The notes under the pieces: generated by a model
What the model was told of the DNA's origin: nothing
Seen by the model: only the letters and a program-made list of their open reading frames with translations
The model's database searches: none
Assembly: GCA_964558395.1 (NCBI GenBank)
Contig: CAZLDS010000003.1
Span: 13,830 to 77,829 of the forward strand
Length of the DNA stretch: 64,000 nucleotides
Origin: an uncultured bacterium
Lineage (GTDB): Bacteria; Methylomirabilota; Methylomirabilia; Methylomirabilales; CSP1-5
Direction of reading: 5' to 3'
Part shown: in pieces, positions 25,968-36,313 of the stretch
Layout: every line of letters begins with the position of its first letter
Numbering within the stretch: the stretch's first letter is position 1
Position numbers and translations under genes: made by a program

Positions 25968-26867
25968 ATGAAGGTCAGGAAAGCGGTGTTTCCGGTTGCG
26001 GGCTGGGGAACCCGATTTTTGCCGGCGACAAAGGCTCAGCCCAAAGAGATGCTCCCCATTGTGGATAAGCCGGCGATTCAGTATGTGGTAGAGGAAGCGC
26101 TCGCGGCCGGGATTGAATACATTGTCATGGTGACCGGTCGGGGAAAAGACGCAATCGAGAATCACTTTGACCGGTCCGTGGAGCTTGAGCAGGCCTTGGC
26201 CGCTCAGGGAAAGGAGGACCTCCTCCAGGAGGTGCAGAGAATCTCGGAACTCGCTACCTTCGCTTATATTCGTCAGAAGTCCCCGCTAGGTCTCGGTCAC
26301 GCGATCCTTGTGGCCGGGGACGTGGTCGGCGAGGAGCCCTTTGCCGTCATGTTACCTGATGACCTCATCGATTCCCCGGTCCCGGCTATTCAGCAGATCC
26401 TGCGGGTCTTTGATCAATATCGCGCGTCCGTCATTGCCGTGACCCCGGTTTCACGGGAAGAGATTAGCAGCTACGGGGTCATTGAAGGGCGTCAGGTCGC
26501 CGAGGGAATCTATCAGGTGACCGATCTGGTGGAGAAGCCCGCGCCCGAGGAGGCTCCCTCCAACTTGGGCATTGTTGGCCGCTATGTCCTGACCCCTCAG
26601 ATCTTTGAAGAGCTCAAGGAGACGTCATCCGACACGAGAGGAGAAATTCAGCTGACCAACGGGCTCAGGGGGCTCTTGCGGCGCCAAGCGATTTACGCTT
26701 GCGAGGTGAAGGGTCGGCGGCACGATACCGGGAGCAAGCTGGGATTTTTGCAGGCAACGGTGGAGTTGGCGCTCAGCCGATCAGACATTGGAAAGGACTT
26801 TCGGGAGTACCTGAAAGGGTTGGGCATCGATGCGGGCGCCTCGGGAGCCGATGATCGAGGACGCTAA
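25968..26867 (+). CDS. galU: UTP--glucose-1-phosphate uridylyltransferase
   Basis: [40 protein letters not shown] is a canonical GalU N-terminus. 299 aa. Confidence 0.93.
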   Translation: MKVRKAVFPVAGWGTRFLPATKAQPKEMLPIVDKPAIQYVVEEALAAGIEYIVMVTGRGKDAIENHFDRSVELEQALAAQGKEDLLQEVQRISELATFAYIRQKSPLGLGHAILVAGDVVGEEPFAVMLPDDLIDSPVPAIQQILRVFDQYRASVIAVTPVSREEISSYGVIEGRQVAEGIYQVTDLVEKPAPEEAPSNLGIVGRYVLTPQIFEELKETSSDTRGEIQLTNGLRGLLRRQAIYACEVKGRRHDTGSKLGFLQATVELALSRSDIGKDFREYLKGLGIDAGASGADDRGR

Positions 26868-26927
26868 CCCCCGAGGACCCATCGACGTGTCGAGAAGAAA
26901 GCAACTCTGACCAGAGCGGGAGGTGCC

Positions 26928-29390
26928 TTGGTTAAGCGGCGCACGAAAGAAGGGAAGACCGTGACCGGCGTGACATTTGAGGGGCAGGGGCCCCTGGGAT
27001 CAGAGAGAAAATTACCCAAGGCTGTCCCTGTCCTTCCTGTGCGGGATATGGTCGTCTACCCATTTATGATCCTTCCGCTCTTCGTGGGGAGGGAAAAGTC
27101 GATTCGGGCGGTGGAGGAGGCACTCAGCCGGGATCGCCTCATTCTCCTGGTCGCCCAGAAGGACGCCGAGGTGGAGGATCCGAGTCCCCGAGAAATCTAC
27201 CCGGTCGGCACGGTGGTCATGATCATGCGGGTTCTCAAGATGCCGGATGGTCGCGTGAAGGTCCTGGCGCAAGGGCTTGCGCGGACCCGGATCATGGAAT
27301 TCCTCCGGCAAGAACCCTACTATGAGGCCCGGATCGCTGAGATCCTCGATGATGAAGTGCCAGCAATGGGGACAGAACTCGAGGCGCTGATTCGGAGTGT
27401 CAAAGAACAGGTCTCCCGAAGTGCCTCCCTGGGCAAGCAGATATCCCCCGATATTCTGGTGATCATCAACAACCTGGATCACCCTGGACGTCTGGCCGAT
27501 CTGGTCGCCTCTCATCTCGAGCTCAAGGTGGAGCAGGCGGTCGAGATCCTAGAGATAACCAATCCCGAGGAGCGCCTGCGCCGCATCGGCGACTTCCTCG
27601 GAAAGGAACTCGAGCTCTTGGAGGTGCAACAGCGGATCCAGGTCCAGGCCAAGGAGGAAATCGATAAGACACAGCGGGAGTATTACCTCCGCGAACAACT
27701 CCGGGCTATTCAAAAGGAGTTGGGGGAAACCGACGAACGCCAACAGGAGATCGAGGAGTTTTCGACGAAGATCGAAAAAGCCAAGATGCCGCCACAGGTG
27801 GCCGCCGAGGCGAAAGGCCAGCTCAATCGTCTCGCGCGGATGCACCCGGACGCCGCGGAGGCGTCAGTGGTTCGGACGTACCTGGAATGGCTCATCGAGC
27901 TCCCTTGGAGGAAGCAGACCAAGGATAAGATCGAAATCGAGCGGGCCGGGAAGATTCTGGATGAAGACCATTACAATCTGGAAAAGGTCAAGGAACGGAT
28001 TCTGGAGTATTTGGCCGTTCGAAAGCTGAAGAAGAAAATGAAAGGCCCCATCCTGTGCTTTGTGGGACCGCCGGGGGTCGGCAAGACATCCCTCGGACGC
28101 TCCATTGCCCGGGCACTCGGTCGGAAGTTCATCCGGATCTCGCTTGGGGGCGTCCGGGATGAAGCGGAGATCCGGGGCCACCGCCGGACATACATAGGGG
28201 CTCTCCCTGGTAAGATCGTCCAGGGGATCAAGACCGCAGGGACCAATAACCCTGTCTTCATGATCGATGAAGTTGATAAGGTTGGGGCAGATTTCCGGGG
28301 GGATCCCTCGGCAGCCCTCCTGGAGGTCTTGGATCCAGAACAGAACGTGTCCTTCACCGATCATTACCTCGGCGTGCCATTCGACCTCTCGAATGTCATG
28401 TTCATCACGACGGGGAACATGGCCGATCCGATCATTCCTGCGCTGAAGGATCGGATGGAGATCATCGAGATTTCGGGGTACACCGAAGAAGAAAAACTCC
28501 ACATTGCCCGAAGGTATCTGATCCGCCGGCAGCTCAAAGAGCACGGCATCACCGAGCGGCATTTGCAACTCACGGACGAAGCCGTACTCAAGATCATCCG
28601 CGGGTACACCCGGGAGGCGGGACTCAGGAATCTGGAAAGGGAGATCGCCACGGTCTGCCGGAAAATCGCCAGGGAGATCGCAGGCGGGAGGACGGAAATC
28701 ACCAAGGTCACTGGCCAGAATCTGCACCGCTTTCTGAAAGCGCCCAGGTATCTCCCGGAACCTGAACAGGAACGGGACGAGGTCGGTGTAACTTCTGGGC
28801 TCGCCTGGACTCAGGCGGGCGGGGATATTATGTACGTCGAAGCGACAGTGATGAAAGGGAAAGGACAGCTGTCCCTCACGGGTCATCTGGGCGAGGTGAT
28901 GAAGGAGTCGGCCCAAGCAGCCTTGAGCTATGCGAGGGCCCGGGCCCCGGAGCTGCGGATCAAAGAGGACATCTTCGGCAAGGTGGATATCCACATCCAT
29001 GTGCCCGCAGGGGCGATCCCAAAGGACGGACCCTCGGCTGGGATAACCATGGCCACGGCGCTCGTGTCTGCCCTCACTAAAGTTCCTGTCAAGAGAAGCG
29101 TTTCCATGACCGGCGAGCTGACGTTGCGTGGTAAGGTCCTGGCCGTCGGAGGGATCAAGGAGAAGGTGTTAGCCGCCCGTCGCGGTGGGATCACGACGGT
29201 GATCCTCCCAAGGAAGAACGAGAAGGATGTGAAGGAGCTCCCCAAAACCATCAGGCGCGGCATGCACTTTGTCTTTGTCGAGAACGTGGATCAGGTACTG
29301 GAGGTGGCCCTGGTCAAGCCGGTGAGAGAGAAGAGCCAGATCAGGGTTGCTGGCCCAAGGCGGGCGACGCAGCCCGTGACCGTACACTAG
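26928..29390 (+). CDS. lon: ATP-dependent Lon protease
   Basis: LON N-domain, Walker A GPPGVGKTS and catalytic PKDGPSAG. 820 aa. TTG start after GGGAGG. Confidence 0.95.
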   Translation: MVKRRTKEGKTVTGVTFEGQGPLGSERKLPKAVPVLPVRDMVVYPFMILPLFVGREKSIRAVEEALSRDRLILLVAQKDAEVEDPSPREIYPVGTVVMIMRVLKMPDGRVKVLAQGLARTRIMEFLRQEPYYEARIAEILDDEVPAMGTELEALIRSVKEQVSRSASLGKQISPDILVIINNLDHPGRLADLVASHLELKVEQAVEILEITNPEERLRRIGDFLGKELELLEVQQRIQVQAKEEIDKTQREYYLREQLRAIQKELGETDERQQEIEEFSTKIEKAKMPPQVAAEAKGQLNRLARMHPDAAEASVVRTYLEWLIELPWRKQTKDKIEIERAGKILDEDHYNLEKVKERILEYLAVRKLKKKMKGPILCFVGPPGVGKTSLGRSIARALGRKFIRISLGGVRDEAEIRGHRRTYIGALPGKIVQGIKTAGTNNPVFMIDEVDKVGADFRGDPSAALLEVLDPEQNVSFTDHYLGVPFDLSNVMFITTGNMADPIIPALKDRMEIIEISGYTEEEKLHIARRYLIRRQLKEHGITERHLQLTDEAVLKIIRGYTREAGLRNLEREIATVCRKIAREIAGGRTEITKVTGQNLHRFLKAPRYLPEPEQERDEVGVTSGLAWTQAGGDIMYVEATVMKGKGQLSLTGHLGEVMKESAQAALSYARARAPELRIKEDIFGKVDIHIHVPAGAIPKDGPSAGITMATALVSALTKVPVKRSVSMTGELTLRGKVLAVGGIKEKVLAARRGGITTVILPRKNEKDVKELPKTIRRGMHFVFVENVDQVLEVALVKPVREKSQIRVAGPRRATQPVTVH

Positions 29391-29406
29391 TTGCAGCCAG
29401 AGGCGG

Positions 29407-29512
29407 GAGACCAGAGACTGAGACTGGAGACTAGAGACTGGACCAGGAAGAGACGATCGTGCTTTCCCGTCTCCGGTCTCCTGGCCCTCGTCTCATTGCT
29501 TTAGCTGGTCTC
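29407..29512. repeat. GAGACTG/GTCTC heptamer hairpin element
   Basis: GAGACCA GAGACTG AGACTG GAGACTA GAGACTG GACCAGG lies at 29407-29447. The complementary arm CGTCTCC GGTCTCC TGGCCCT CGTCTCA ... GGTCTCC lies at 29468-29512. Confidence 0.85.
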
Positions 29513-29553
29513 CGATTGCCGATCGCTGTGCGAGAGATTGGAGGTGGCGCAGG

Positions 29554-31260
29554 TTGCCACAAAGTGAGTGGGTCCGAATCATTTCCCTCGGTGGCCTGGG
29601 GGAAATCGGGATGAACATGTTCGTGGTCGAGACGGCCGATGACATGGTTGTCATCGACGCCGGGTTGATGTTTCCCGATGAGGAAATGCTGGGGATTGAT
29701 GTTGTGATCCCCGACTTCACCTATCTGCTGGAGCACCGCGAGAAGGTTCGTGGACTCATTCTTACCCACGGGCACGAGGACCACACGGGTTCTCTTCCTT
29801 TTGTCCTGAAGGAAATGCCGATCCCCATATACGGGACACCCCTGTCCCTGGGCCTGGCGGCGGAGAAGATCCGGGAGCACGATCTTGAACCTGACCTCCG
29901 GCCGGTCGTTCCCCGGGAGAGGTTTACTTTGGGTCACCTGCGGGCGGAGTGTATGCGCGTTTGCCACAGCATTCCAGATGGCGTGGGCGTTGCCCTGGAG
30001 ACACCGGCAGGGCTCGTTGTCCACGCCGGGGATTTCAAGTTTGATCCCACGCCGGTGGATGGGGAGCTCACCGACTACCACAAGTTTGCCGAATTGGGAG
30101 ACCGCGGGGTTCTGGTGCTCCTCTCCGACTCGACGAATGCTCTGCGGCCTGGGTTTACCCCGTCTGAGCGGACCGTTGGTCAGGCCTTGGAAGAGATCTT
30201 TCGAGCGGCCAGACGGCGGATCATCGTTGCTTGCTTTGCCAGCCACATTCACCGGATCCAACAGATCCTAGACGTCGCGGCGAGGATGGGACGAAGGGTT
30301 GCCGTCCACGGCAAGAGCATGGTCGCGAACACCCGGGTTGCTGCGGATACCGGATACCTGAAAGTTCCCGCTGGTGTCCTCGTTCGCCTGGACGAACTGA
30401 GGCAGCTGTCCCCAGGCGAGACGGTGATCATTGCCACGGGCTCGCAGGGCGAGCCGCTGTCCGCGATCGCTCGGATAGCAGCGGGAGAGCATAGGCAGAT
30501 TGAGGTCACCCCGGGAGACACGGTGATCTTCTCCGCCCGGGTGATTCCGGGAAACGAGAAGTCCATCGCGCGGACCATCAACCAGCTCTTCAAGCGGGGG
30601 GCGGAGGTCATTACCGAGGAACACGCCCCTGTGCATGTGTCGGGCCACCCGTGCCAAGAAGAACTCAAACTCATGCTGAATCTAACCCGACCGAAGTTCT
30701 TTGTCCCAATCCACGGGGAGTACCGACACCGCCATCACCATGCGCGGCTGGCGGCAGCTCTCGGGATTGCCCGGGACCATATTTGTCTGGCGGAGAATGG
30801 GGATATCCTAGAGTTTGCGCCCGACAAGGGAGGAATCGTTGGCAAGGTAGGAGCGGGGCGGGTCTTCGTGGATGGGAAGGGCGTGGGTGATGTGGGGGAT
30901 GCCGTGCTGCGTGAGAGACAGCATCTGGCGAGGGATGGGATGGTGGTGGTCGTGATAGGTCTCCAGACGCAAACCGGAGCGGTGGTGGCAGGACCTGATA
31001 TCATCAGTCGAGGGTTCGCGCATCTACCGGATCAAGAGGTGCTCTTTGATGCGGCTAAGCGGTTGGTGAATGAGATCCTGGCCGGCTCGCCGGAGGAGGA
31101 ACGAAGGGATGCGGCGATCCTGAAGGAGCACGTGAGGGCAGCCGTGCGAAAGTACATTCAGAAAACCTTTGATCGACGACCGATGGTCGTGCCGGTCATC
31201 CTCGAATTGGGGGGGGAGGAGAATGATCGTTCAGAGTTCATGCTTCAACGTGGGGGGTGA
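29554..31260 (+). CDS. rnj: ribonuclease J
   Basis: Metallo-beta-lactamase HGHEDHTG, beta-CASP and C-terminal domains. 568 aa. TTG start after GGAGG. Confidence 0.9.
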   Translation: MPQSEWVRIISLGGLGEIGMNMFVVETADDMVVIDAGLMFPDEEMLGIDVVIPDFTYLLEHREKVRGLILTHGHEDHTGSLPFVLKEMPIPIYGTPLSLGLAAEKIREHDLEPDLRPVVPRERFTLGHLRAECMRVCHSIPDGVGVALETPAGLVVHAGDFKFDPTPVDGELTDYHKFAELGDRGVLVLLSDSTNALRPGFTPSERTVGQALEEIFRAARRRIIVACFASHIHRIQQILDVAARMGRRVAVHGKSMVANTRVAADTGYLKVPAGVLVRLDELRQLSPGETVIIATGSQGEPLSAIARIAAGEHRQIEVTPGDTVIFSARVIPGNEKSIARTINQLFKRGAEVITEEHAPVHVSGHPCQEELKLMLNLTRPKFFVPIHGEYRHRHHHARLAAALGIARDHICLAENGDILEFAPDKGGIVGKVGAGRVFVDGKGVGDVGDAVLRERQHLARDGMVVVVIGLQTQTGAVVAGPDIISRGFAHLPDQEVLFDAAKRLVNEILAGSPEEERRDAAILKEHVRAAVRKYIQKTFDRRPMVVPVILELGGEENDRSEFMLQRGG

Positions 31261-31270
31261 ACTGTGAACC
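31229..31270. repeat. compact GTTCA/TGAAC heptamer hairpin spanning the rnj-ftsK junction
   Basis: Units are GTTCAGA GTTCATG CTTCAAC GTGGGGG GTGAACT GTGAACC. GTTCAGAGTTCA (31229-31240) against TGAACTGTGAAC (31258-31269) is an 11/12 inverted repeat. Confidence 0.85.
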
Positions 31271-33501
31271 GTCCAAGGGGGCTCACGAAGCACACTCGAG
31301 CTTTATCCACACTGTTGCGCCATCCGAAATCGAGAGAGGTCGTAGGGCTTCTCGTGATGGCCTTCGCTCTTCTCTCCCTGGTAAGTCTGATCTCCTTCAG
31401 CCCGTACGATCCCTCGTTTTTCCACTACACCTCGCAGAAGGGGGCGGCGCGCAACTTCGGAGGACTGGTAGGAGCCCACCTAGCTGGAGATCTGCTCGGC
31501 GTCGTGGGGATCGCCGCCTTCTTGCTCCCTCCGGCGCTCTTCTGGGTTGGCTTCGCCCTTGTCAGTGGGGGAAAGCTCCAGCTCCGGACCGTCGGGGTTG
31601 TCGGCTTTGGGCTCCTCCTGACGTCAACCTGTCTCCTACTCACCCTGCTCGAGCATGAGAGCTTCGAACTCGCGTGGCGCGGCGTGGAGCCTGGGGGGTT
31701 TCTGGGCGTCCTGCTTTTCGATGCGCTTCGCCCTGCACTCGGTCGCTTCGGGATGTACCTGACGACACTAACCGGGATACTGCTCTTCGGGGTTTTGGTG
31801 TCGCAGGGTTCCTTGGTTGGGCTTATCCGTTCCCTTCGGGAGATCATCGCGTGGCTCGGTCGTCACCTCGCTAGGATTTTTGCGGCGACCCGGCGATGGG
31901 TCGCTGCGGCGTCCATGCAGGAGGCGATCGTCCCAGCGCGGAAAGCGCCACGCCCTGAAAGGCCGGTGCGGAGCCCTCCTCCGAAGAGAGTCCAGGAAAG
32001 TGCCGAAGAGGCGCCGGTGACGATGCGAAGGGTCCCGAAGGCCAGAGAAGACCATACATTGCCTCCCCTCGCCCTTCTCGATGGCTCATCCGCAGCTTCC
32101 TACGGACCCTTGGATCACGAGCGCGAGGAGAACAAACAGACACTGGAAAGAACCTTGGGAGATTTCGGGGTTGAGGGGCGGGTCACGGAAACCCAATCAG
32201 GACCGGTGATTACCCGGTATGAGATTGAGCCCGCCCCAGGGGTGAAGGTCAACCGGATCGTCGGTTTGGCGGATGACCTGGCGTTGACCCTCAAGGCCTT
32301 GAGCGTTCGAATCGTTGCTCCCATTCCCGGGAAGGCAGCGGTTGGCGTAGAGATTCCCAACAAGAATCGGGCGATGGTCCAGCTCAGGGATGTGCTGGCT
32401 TCTGAGGCGTATGAAGAATGTGCGTCTCCCCTACCGATCGCGCTGGGGAAAGATACGTCGGGCGATCCCTTCGTGACAGACCTCGTTCAGATGCCGCACA
32501 TCCTGATAGCGGGAGCCACCGGGAGCGGGAAGAGCGTCTGTATTCACAGTATCATTCTTAGCGTGCTGTATCGGTCCACGCCCCAGGCCGTGCGATTACT
32601 GTTAATCGATCCCAAACGGGTCGAGCTCTCTGTCTACAACAATATTCCACACCTGGTGGATAATCCCCTTATCCCCGAGACGAATGGAAGAGAAAAGGCC
32701 TGGCAGGTTGTGACGGACGCCCGGCAAGCCGCGAAATGTTTACAGCTGATCGTGAAACACATGGAAGCACGATACAAGCTCTTTGCAGAGGTCGGTGCGC
32801 GCTCGATTGAGGCCTATAACAACGCCCGGCCCGAGGAAAGGCCCCAGCTCGCGCATCTCGTGGTGATCATCGATGAGCTTGCCGATTTGATGCTTTCGGA
32901 GTCCTCCGTGGTGGAAAATGCCATCGCGCGGTTGGCCCAGATGGCGCGAGCGGTGGGAATTCATCTTGTGCTCGCCACACAAAGGCCTTCCGTGGATGTG
33001 ATCACCGGGGTGATTAAAGCGAATTTTCCCGCGAGAATTTCCTTTCAGGTGTCCTCGAAGGTCGATTCTCGCACGATTCTCGACACCAACGGGGCGGAAC
33101 AATTACTCGGCGGCGGTGATATGCTGTTTCTGCCTCCCGTAAGTTCGAAGCCCACGCGGATTCACGGGTGCTACGTATCGGATCAGGAGATTGACCGCGT
33201 GGTCGATTTCCTGAAGGCGAAGGACGCCTTGGAGCCATTTCCGTGGGTGCTTGAGATCACTGAGGAGCGGATGAGCGACGCCCTGGACATCCCCGATGAA
33301 GAAGAGGCCTTGTACCAAGAGGCCGAGCGGATCGTTCGCCAGACGGGTCAACCCTCAATCTCGCTGCTCCAGAGGCGACTCCGGATTGGGTTCAACAGGG
33401 CGGGTCGCATGATTGATCGCATGGAACGTGAAGGCATCGTGAGTCATACCGATGCACGGGGGCACCGGATGGTCCTCAAGCCCTGGTCGCCTGGCGCCTA
33501 A
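31264..33501 (+). CDS. ftsK: DNA translocase FtsK/SpoIIIE
   Basis: N-terminal TM helices, Walker A GATGSGKS, and a C-terminal gamma winged-helix (PSISLLQRRLRIGFNRAGRMID.ME..GIV). Confidence 0.93.
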   Translation: MNRPRGLTKHTRALSTLLRHPKSREVVGLLVMAFALLSLVSLISFSPYDPSFFHYTSQKGAARNFGGLVGAHLAGDLLGVVGIAAFLLPPALFWVGFALVSGGKLQLRTVGVVGFGLLLTSTCLLLTLLEHESFELAWRGVEPGGFLGVLLFDALRPALGRFGMYLTTLTGILLFGVLVSQGSLVGLIRSLREIIAWLGRHLARIFAATRRWVAAASMQEAIVPARKAPRPERPVRSPPPKRVQESAEEAPVTMRRVPKAREDHTLPPLALLDGSSAASYGPLDHEREENKQTLERTLGDFGVEGRVTETQSGPVITRYEIEPAPGVKVNRIVGLADDLALTLKALSVRIVAPIPGKAAVGVEIPNKNRAMVQLRDVLASEAYEECASPLPIALGKDTSGDPFVTDLVQMPHILIAGATGSGKSVCIHSIILSVLYRSTPQAVRLLLIDPKRVELSVYNNIPHLVDNPLIPETNGREKAWQVVTDARQAAKCLQLIVKHMEARYKLFAEVGARSIEAYNNARPEERPQLAHLVVIIDELADLMLSESSVVENAIARLAQMARAVGIHLVLATQRPSVDVITGVIKANFPARISFQVSSKVDSRTILDTNGAEQLLGGGDMLFLPPVSSKPTRIHGCYVSDQEIDRVVDFLKAKDALEPFPWVLEITEERMSDALDIPDEEEALYQEAERIVRQTGQPSISLLQRRLRIGFNRAGRMIDRMEREGIVSHTDARGHRMVLKPWSPGA

Positions 33502-33530
33502 CGGCAACGACCCTCTGTCGGGGGATCGGC

Positions 33531-34172
33531 GTGAAGCTTAGCAGACGGTTCCTGACTCTCAGTCTTGTTGCCGTCGTACTGACTCCTCAGGCGCAAGGGG
33601 TGGTCGAACGGATTCAGAGCTTTTATGGGGGAACCAAAGATATCGAAGGTCGGTTTTCCCAGCGGGTCGAGCTGGCGATGGGACAAGTCGAGAACGCCCG
33701 GGGGTCTTTTTACCTGAAACGGCCTGGGATGATGCGCTGGGAGTATGAGCGACCTGAACGACGCTTGCTCGTGACCGACGGGTCCACGATGTGGGCCTAC
33801 ACCCCGGCAGATCGGCAGGTCATTGTCCAGGACCTGAAGTCGGCACTGGCTTCCGTTCCCTTCGACTTCTTGGTGGGGGCGGGGAAGTTGACCGACCATT
33901 TCATCGTGCAACGGGTCACGAAGCACGGAGATTGTTACCGTATGGTGCTGACGCCGCAACGTCCTGATCCCCAGGTGCGCGAGTTGGAGATGGAGGTGGA
34001 AGCGACCACGTTGCATATCCGGTCCCTGGCCCTCCAAGACCCGTACGATAATCGGACGCTCATGCACTTTTCAGATCTCCAGGTCAATAGCGATCTCCCT
34101 GCCGATCTCTTCTCCTTTGTCCCGCCGCCCGGGGTCAAGACACTCCGCGCAGAGGATCTGTATCCCCACTGA
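33531..34172 (+). CDS. lolA: outer-membrane lipoprotein carrier protein LolA
   Basis: Signal peptide, then F.Q........G.FYLKRPG.MRWEY..P.....V.DG...W.Y.P....V, a LolA pattern. Confidence 0.8.
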   Translation: MKLSRRFLTLSLVAVVLTPQAQGVVERIQSFYGGTKDIEGRFSQRVELAMGQVENARGSFYLKRPGMMRWEYERPERRLLVTDGSTMWAYTPADRQVIVQDLKSALASVPFDFLVGAGKLTDHFIVQRVTKHGDCYRMVLTPQRPDPQVRELEMEVEATTLHIRSLALQDPYDNRTLMHFSDLQVNSDLPADLFSFVPPPGVKTLRAEDLYPH

Positions 34173-34342
34173 GGGCCTCCCAGGGGGGTGGAGCTTTCCC
34201 TGACCATTTTGGCTAGCTGAAAGAGCAACAACGACACAAGAGTGATGAGGCATCCGTATCCAGGCATGGTCTTTGCAACCAGTATAAAGGAACCCCGGCC
34301 TGCGAGCCAGGTCCAGACCCTCGGTCAGTTGAGACCTCCGTC

Positions 34343-36313
34343 GTGATTGTTCCCCCGGTAAGAGACTATGTTATGTGGGACATAGTGAAACGGTTCATGG
34401 AGGCCATGCCCGTGGACCGCTGCGCGATCACCCTGTGTACCCCCGACGCCGCCACGGGCCTCGTTGTCATTGGATATGACCGGTGCAAGGAAGATCCCTG
34501 GGTTGAAGGGTTCAATCTGTCCATGGACCGGTACCCAGAGATTCGCCGAGTCCTCGAGACGCGGCAGCCTCTCGTGGTGCCGAACGTCGCCGAGGAACCC
34601 GTGCTTTCTGACATCAAGGATCTGCTGATCGCTCTTCCGGTTCGCTCGATGTTGGTGGTCCCGCTCTTCAGACAGGAGCGTAGCGTAGGCGTCGTGAGCG
34701 TGAGCAGTCGGGATCCGGTTCAAGCCTTCACCCAAGATCAAATTGAGTTGTGTCAGAGTTTGGCGAATCAGGCGGCCCTTGCGCTTGACAAGAATGTTCT
34801 CTTTCAGGAGGCTCAGCAGCGGGCGAATAAGCTCCAGGCGCTCATCCATGTGTCAAAGCGGATGACCGCCTCTTTGAACCTCCAGGACGTCTACGACTTT
34901 GCGGTAAAGGCAGCCGCGGAGTTCTTGGAGGTCCCATGCGTGTGGCTCTGGGTGCCAGACGAGGAGACGCGCGAATTACACGTTCGGGCCCGGTGCGGCC
35001 TGGAAGAGCTTGCTGGGTTGATGGGAGACCGGGTCCCGTATGATCGGGGGGTCTTTGGAAAAATCGTGGAGCGCGGGGAACCTCAGTACATCGCCGACGT
35101 AAAGCAGGAGTCGCTCTGGCTGAGCAAACGGTTCTTGGAACAGGCAGAGATCATCTCCTTCGCCGGTATTCCACTGATGAGCGAGGGTCGCGTCCTCGGG
35201 ATCCTCTCAGTTTTCACTCGCCGCCGGCGTCTCTTCGGTCCAGATGAGCGGAGCTTGATGAGTGTCTTTGCCAGCCAGGCGGCCATCGCTATTGTCAATG
35301 CCAGGGCATACCAGCAGATCCAGTGGTATGCTTCCACGGTGGCAGAGTTGTACGAGGCCGCCACGCAGGTGAGTGGTTCTCTCGACTTGGACGAAACCCT
35401 TCAAAAGATCGCTCGGGGTGCCGCGGCCTCAATGGACGCGGTCTCGAGCACCATCATCCTGTTCGATGAGTTTGGCGAGGTGACGCATGTCGTTGACTGG
35501 GAGGTTGGACAGATCGAGGTGCGGAAGGATGGCATCTCGCGCCAGGTGTGGGGGACCGGGCGCCCCGTTGTTCTGCCCGATTTCGCGAAAACTCCTAGTG
35601 GGATGGTCAATCCCCGGCTGTTGGCGCTTGGGCGGGCAGCTGGGGTCTGTCTCCCGTTGCAGGTCCGAGAGCGGATCCGGGGAGTGATGTGGGTCCACTA
35701 CAATGAACCACGCCGGATCGTCGAGGAAGACCTACACCTCCTCGCCTCCTTTGGCAACCAGGCTGCCATGGCGATCGAGAACGCTCGCCTGTTTACGGAG
35801 ACGCGCCGGCTCGCCAACACTGATGCATTGACTGGACTGTACAATCACCGGTATTTCTATCATCTCCTCGATGCAGAGGTGAAGCGCGCTCGTCGCTACG
35901 GCCGCTCCCTTTCCCTGATCATGCTGGACATAGACGAGTTCAAGGAGTTCAATGACCGATACGGGCATCTCGCGGGCGATGAGGCCTTGCGTTCTCTTTC
36001 GCAGATCCTTCGGAAGAATTCCCGGCGGGTCGATACCGTCGCGCGCTATGGCGGGGAGGAGTTTGCGATAATCCTCCCGGAAACCGACCTCGCCCAAGCT
36101 GGTGTCCAAGCGGAGCGACTTCGTGTATCGGCCGAAGAACATCAGTGGCCGGAAGGTCATCTCACGATTAGTCTCGGGGTGGCCGCCCTGACGCCCGAAA
36201 TGACCAAGGTGGAAGATTTGGTCCGAGATGCGGACCGGCCCCTGTACCACGCCAAGGCGGCCGGGCGCAACCAGGTATGCCTCAGTTCACCTCTTCCCCG
36301 TGAACCCCATTGA
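34343..36313 (+). CDS. GAF-GAF-GAF-GGDEF diguanylate cyclase
   Basis: Three GAF-like blocks are followed by DALTGLYNHRYF...RYGGEEFAIILPE. An RxxD (RRVD) lies 5 residues before GGEEF, where an I-site sits. Start is GTG 34343 or ATG 34373. Confidence 0.88.
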   Translation: MIVPPVRDYVMWDIVKRFMEAMPVDRCAITLCTPDAATGLVVIGYDRCKEDPWVEGFNLSMDRYPEIRRVLETRQPLVVPNVAEEPVLSDIKDLLIALPVRSMLVVPLFRQERSVGVVSVSSRDPVQAFTQDQIELCQSLANQAALALDKNVLFQEAQQRANKLQALIHVSKRMTASLNLQDVYDFAVKAAAEFLEVPCVWLWVPDEETRELHVRARCGLEELAGLMGDRVPYDRGVFGKIVERGEPQYIADVKQESLWLSKRFLEQAEIISFAGIPLMSEGRVLGILSVFTRRRRLFGPDERSLMSVFASQAAIAIVNARAYQQIQWYASTVAELYEAATQVSGSLDLDETLQKIARGAAASMDAVSSTIILFDEFGEVTHVVDWEVGQIEVRKDGISRQVWGTGRPVVLPDFAKTPSGMVNPRLLALGRAAGVCLPLQVRERIRGVMWVHYNEPRRIVEEDLHLLASFGNQAAMAIENARLFTETRRLANTDALTGLYNHRYFYHLLDAEVKRARRYGRSLSLIMLDIDEFKEFNDRYGHLAGDEALRSLSQILRKNSRRVDTVARYGGEEFAIILPETDLAQAGVQAERLRVSAEEHQWPEGHLTISLGVAALTPEMTKVEDLVRDADRPLYHAKAAGRNQVCLSSPLPREPH

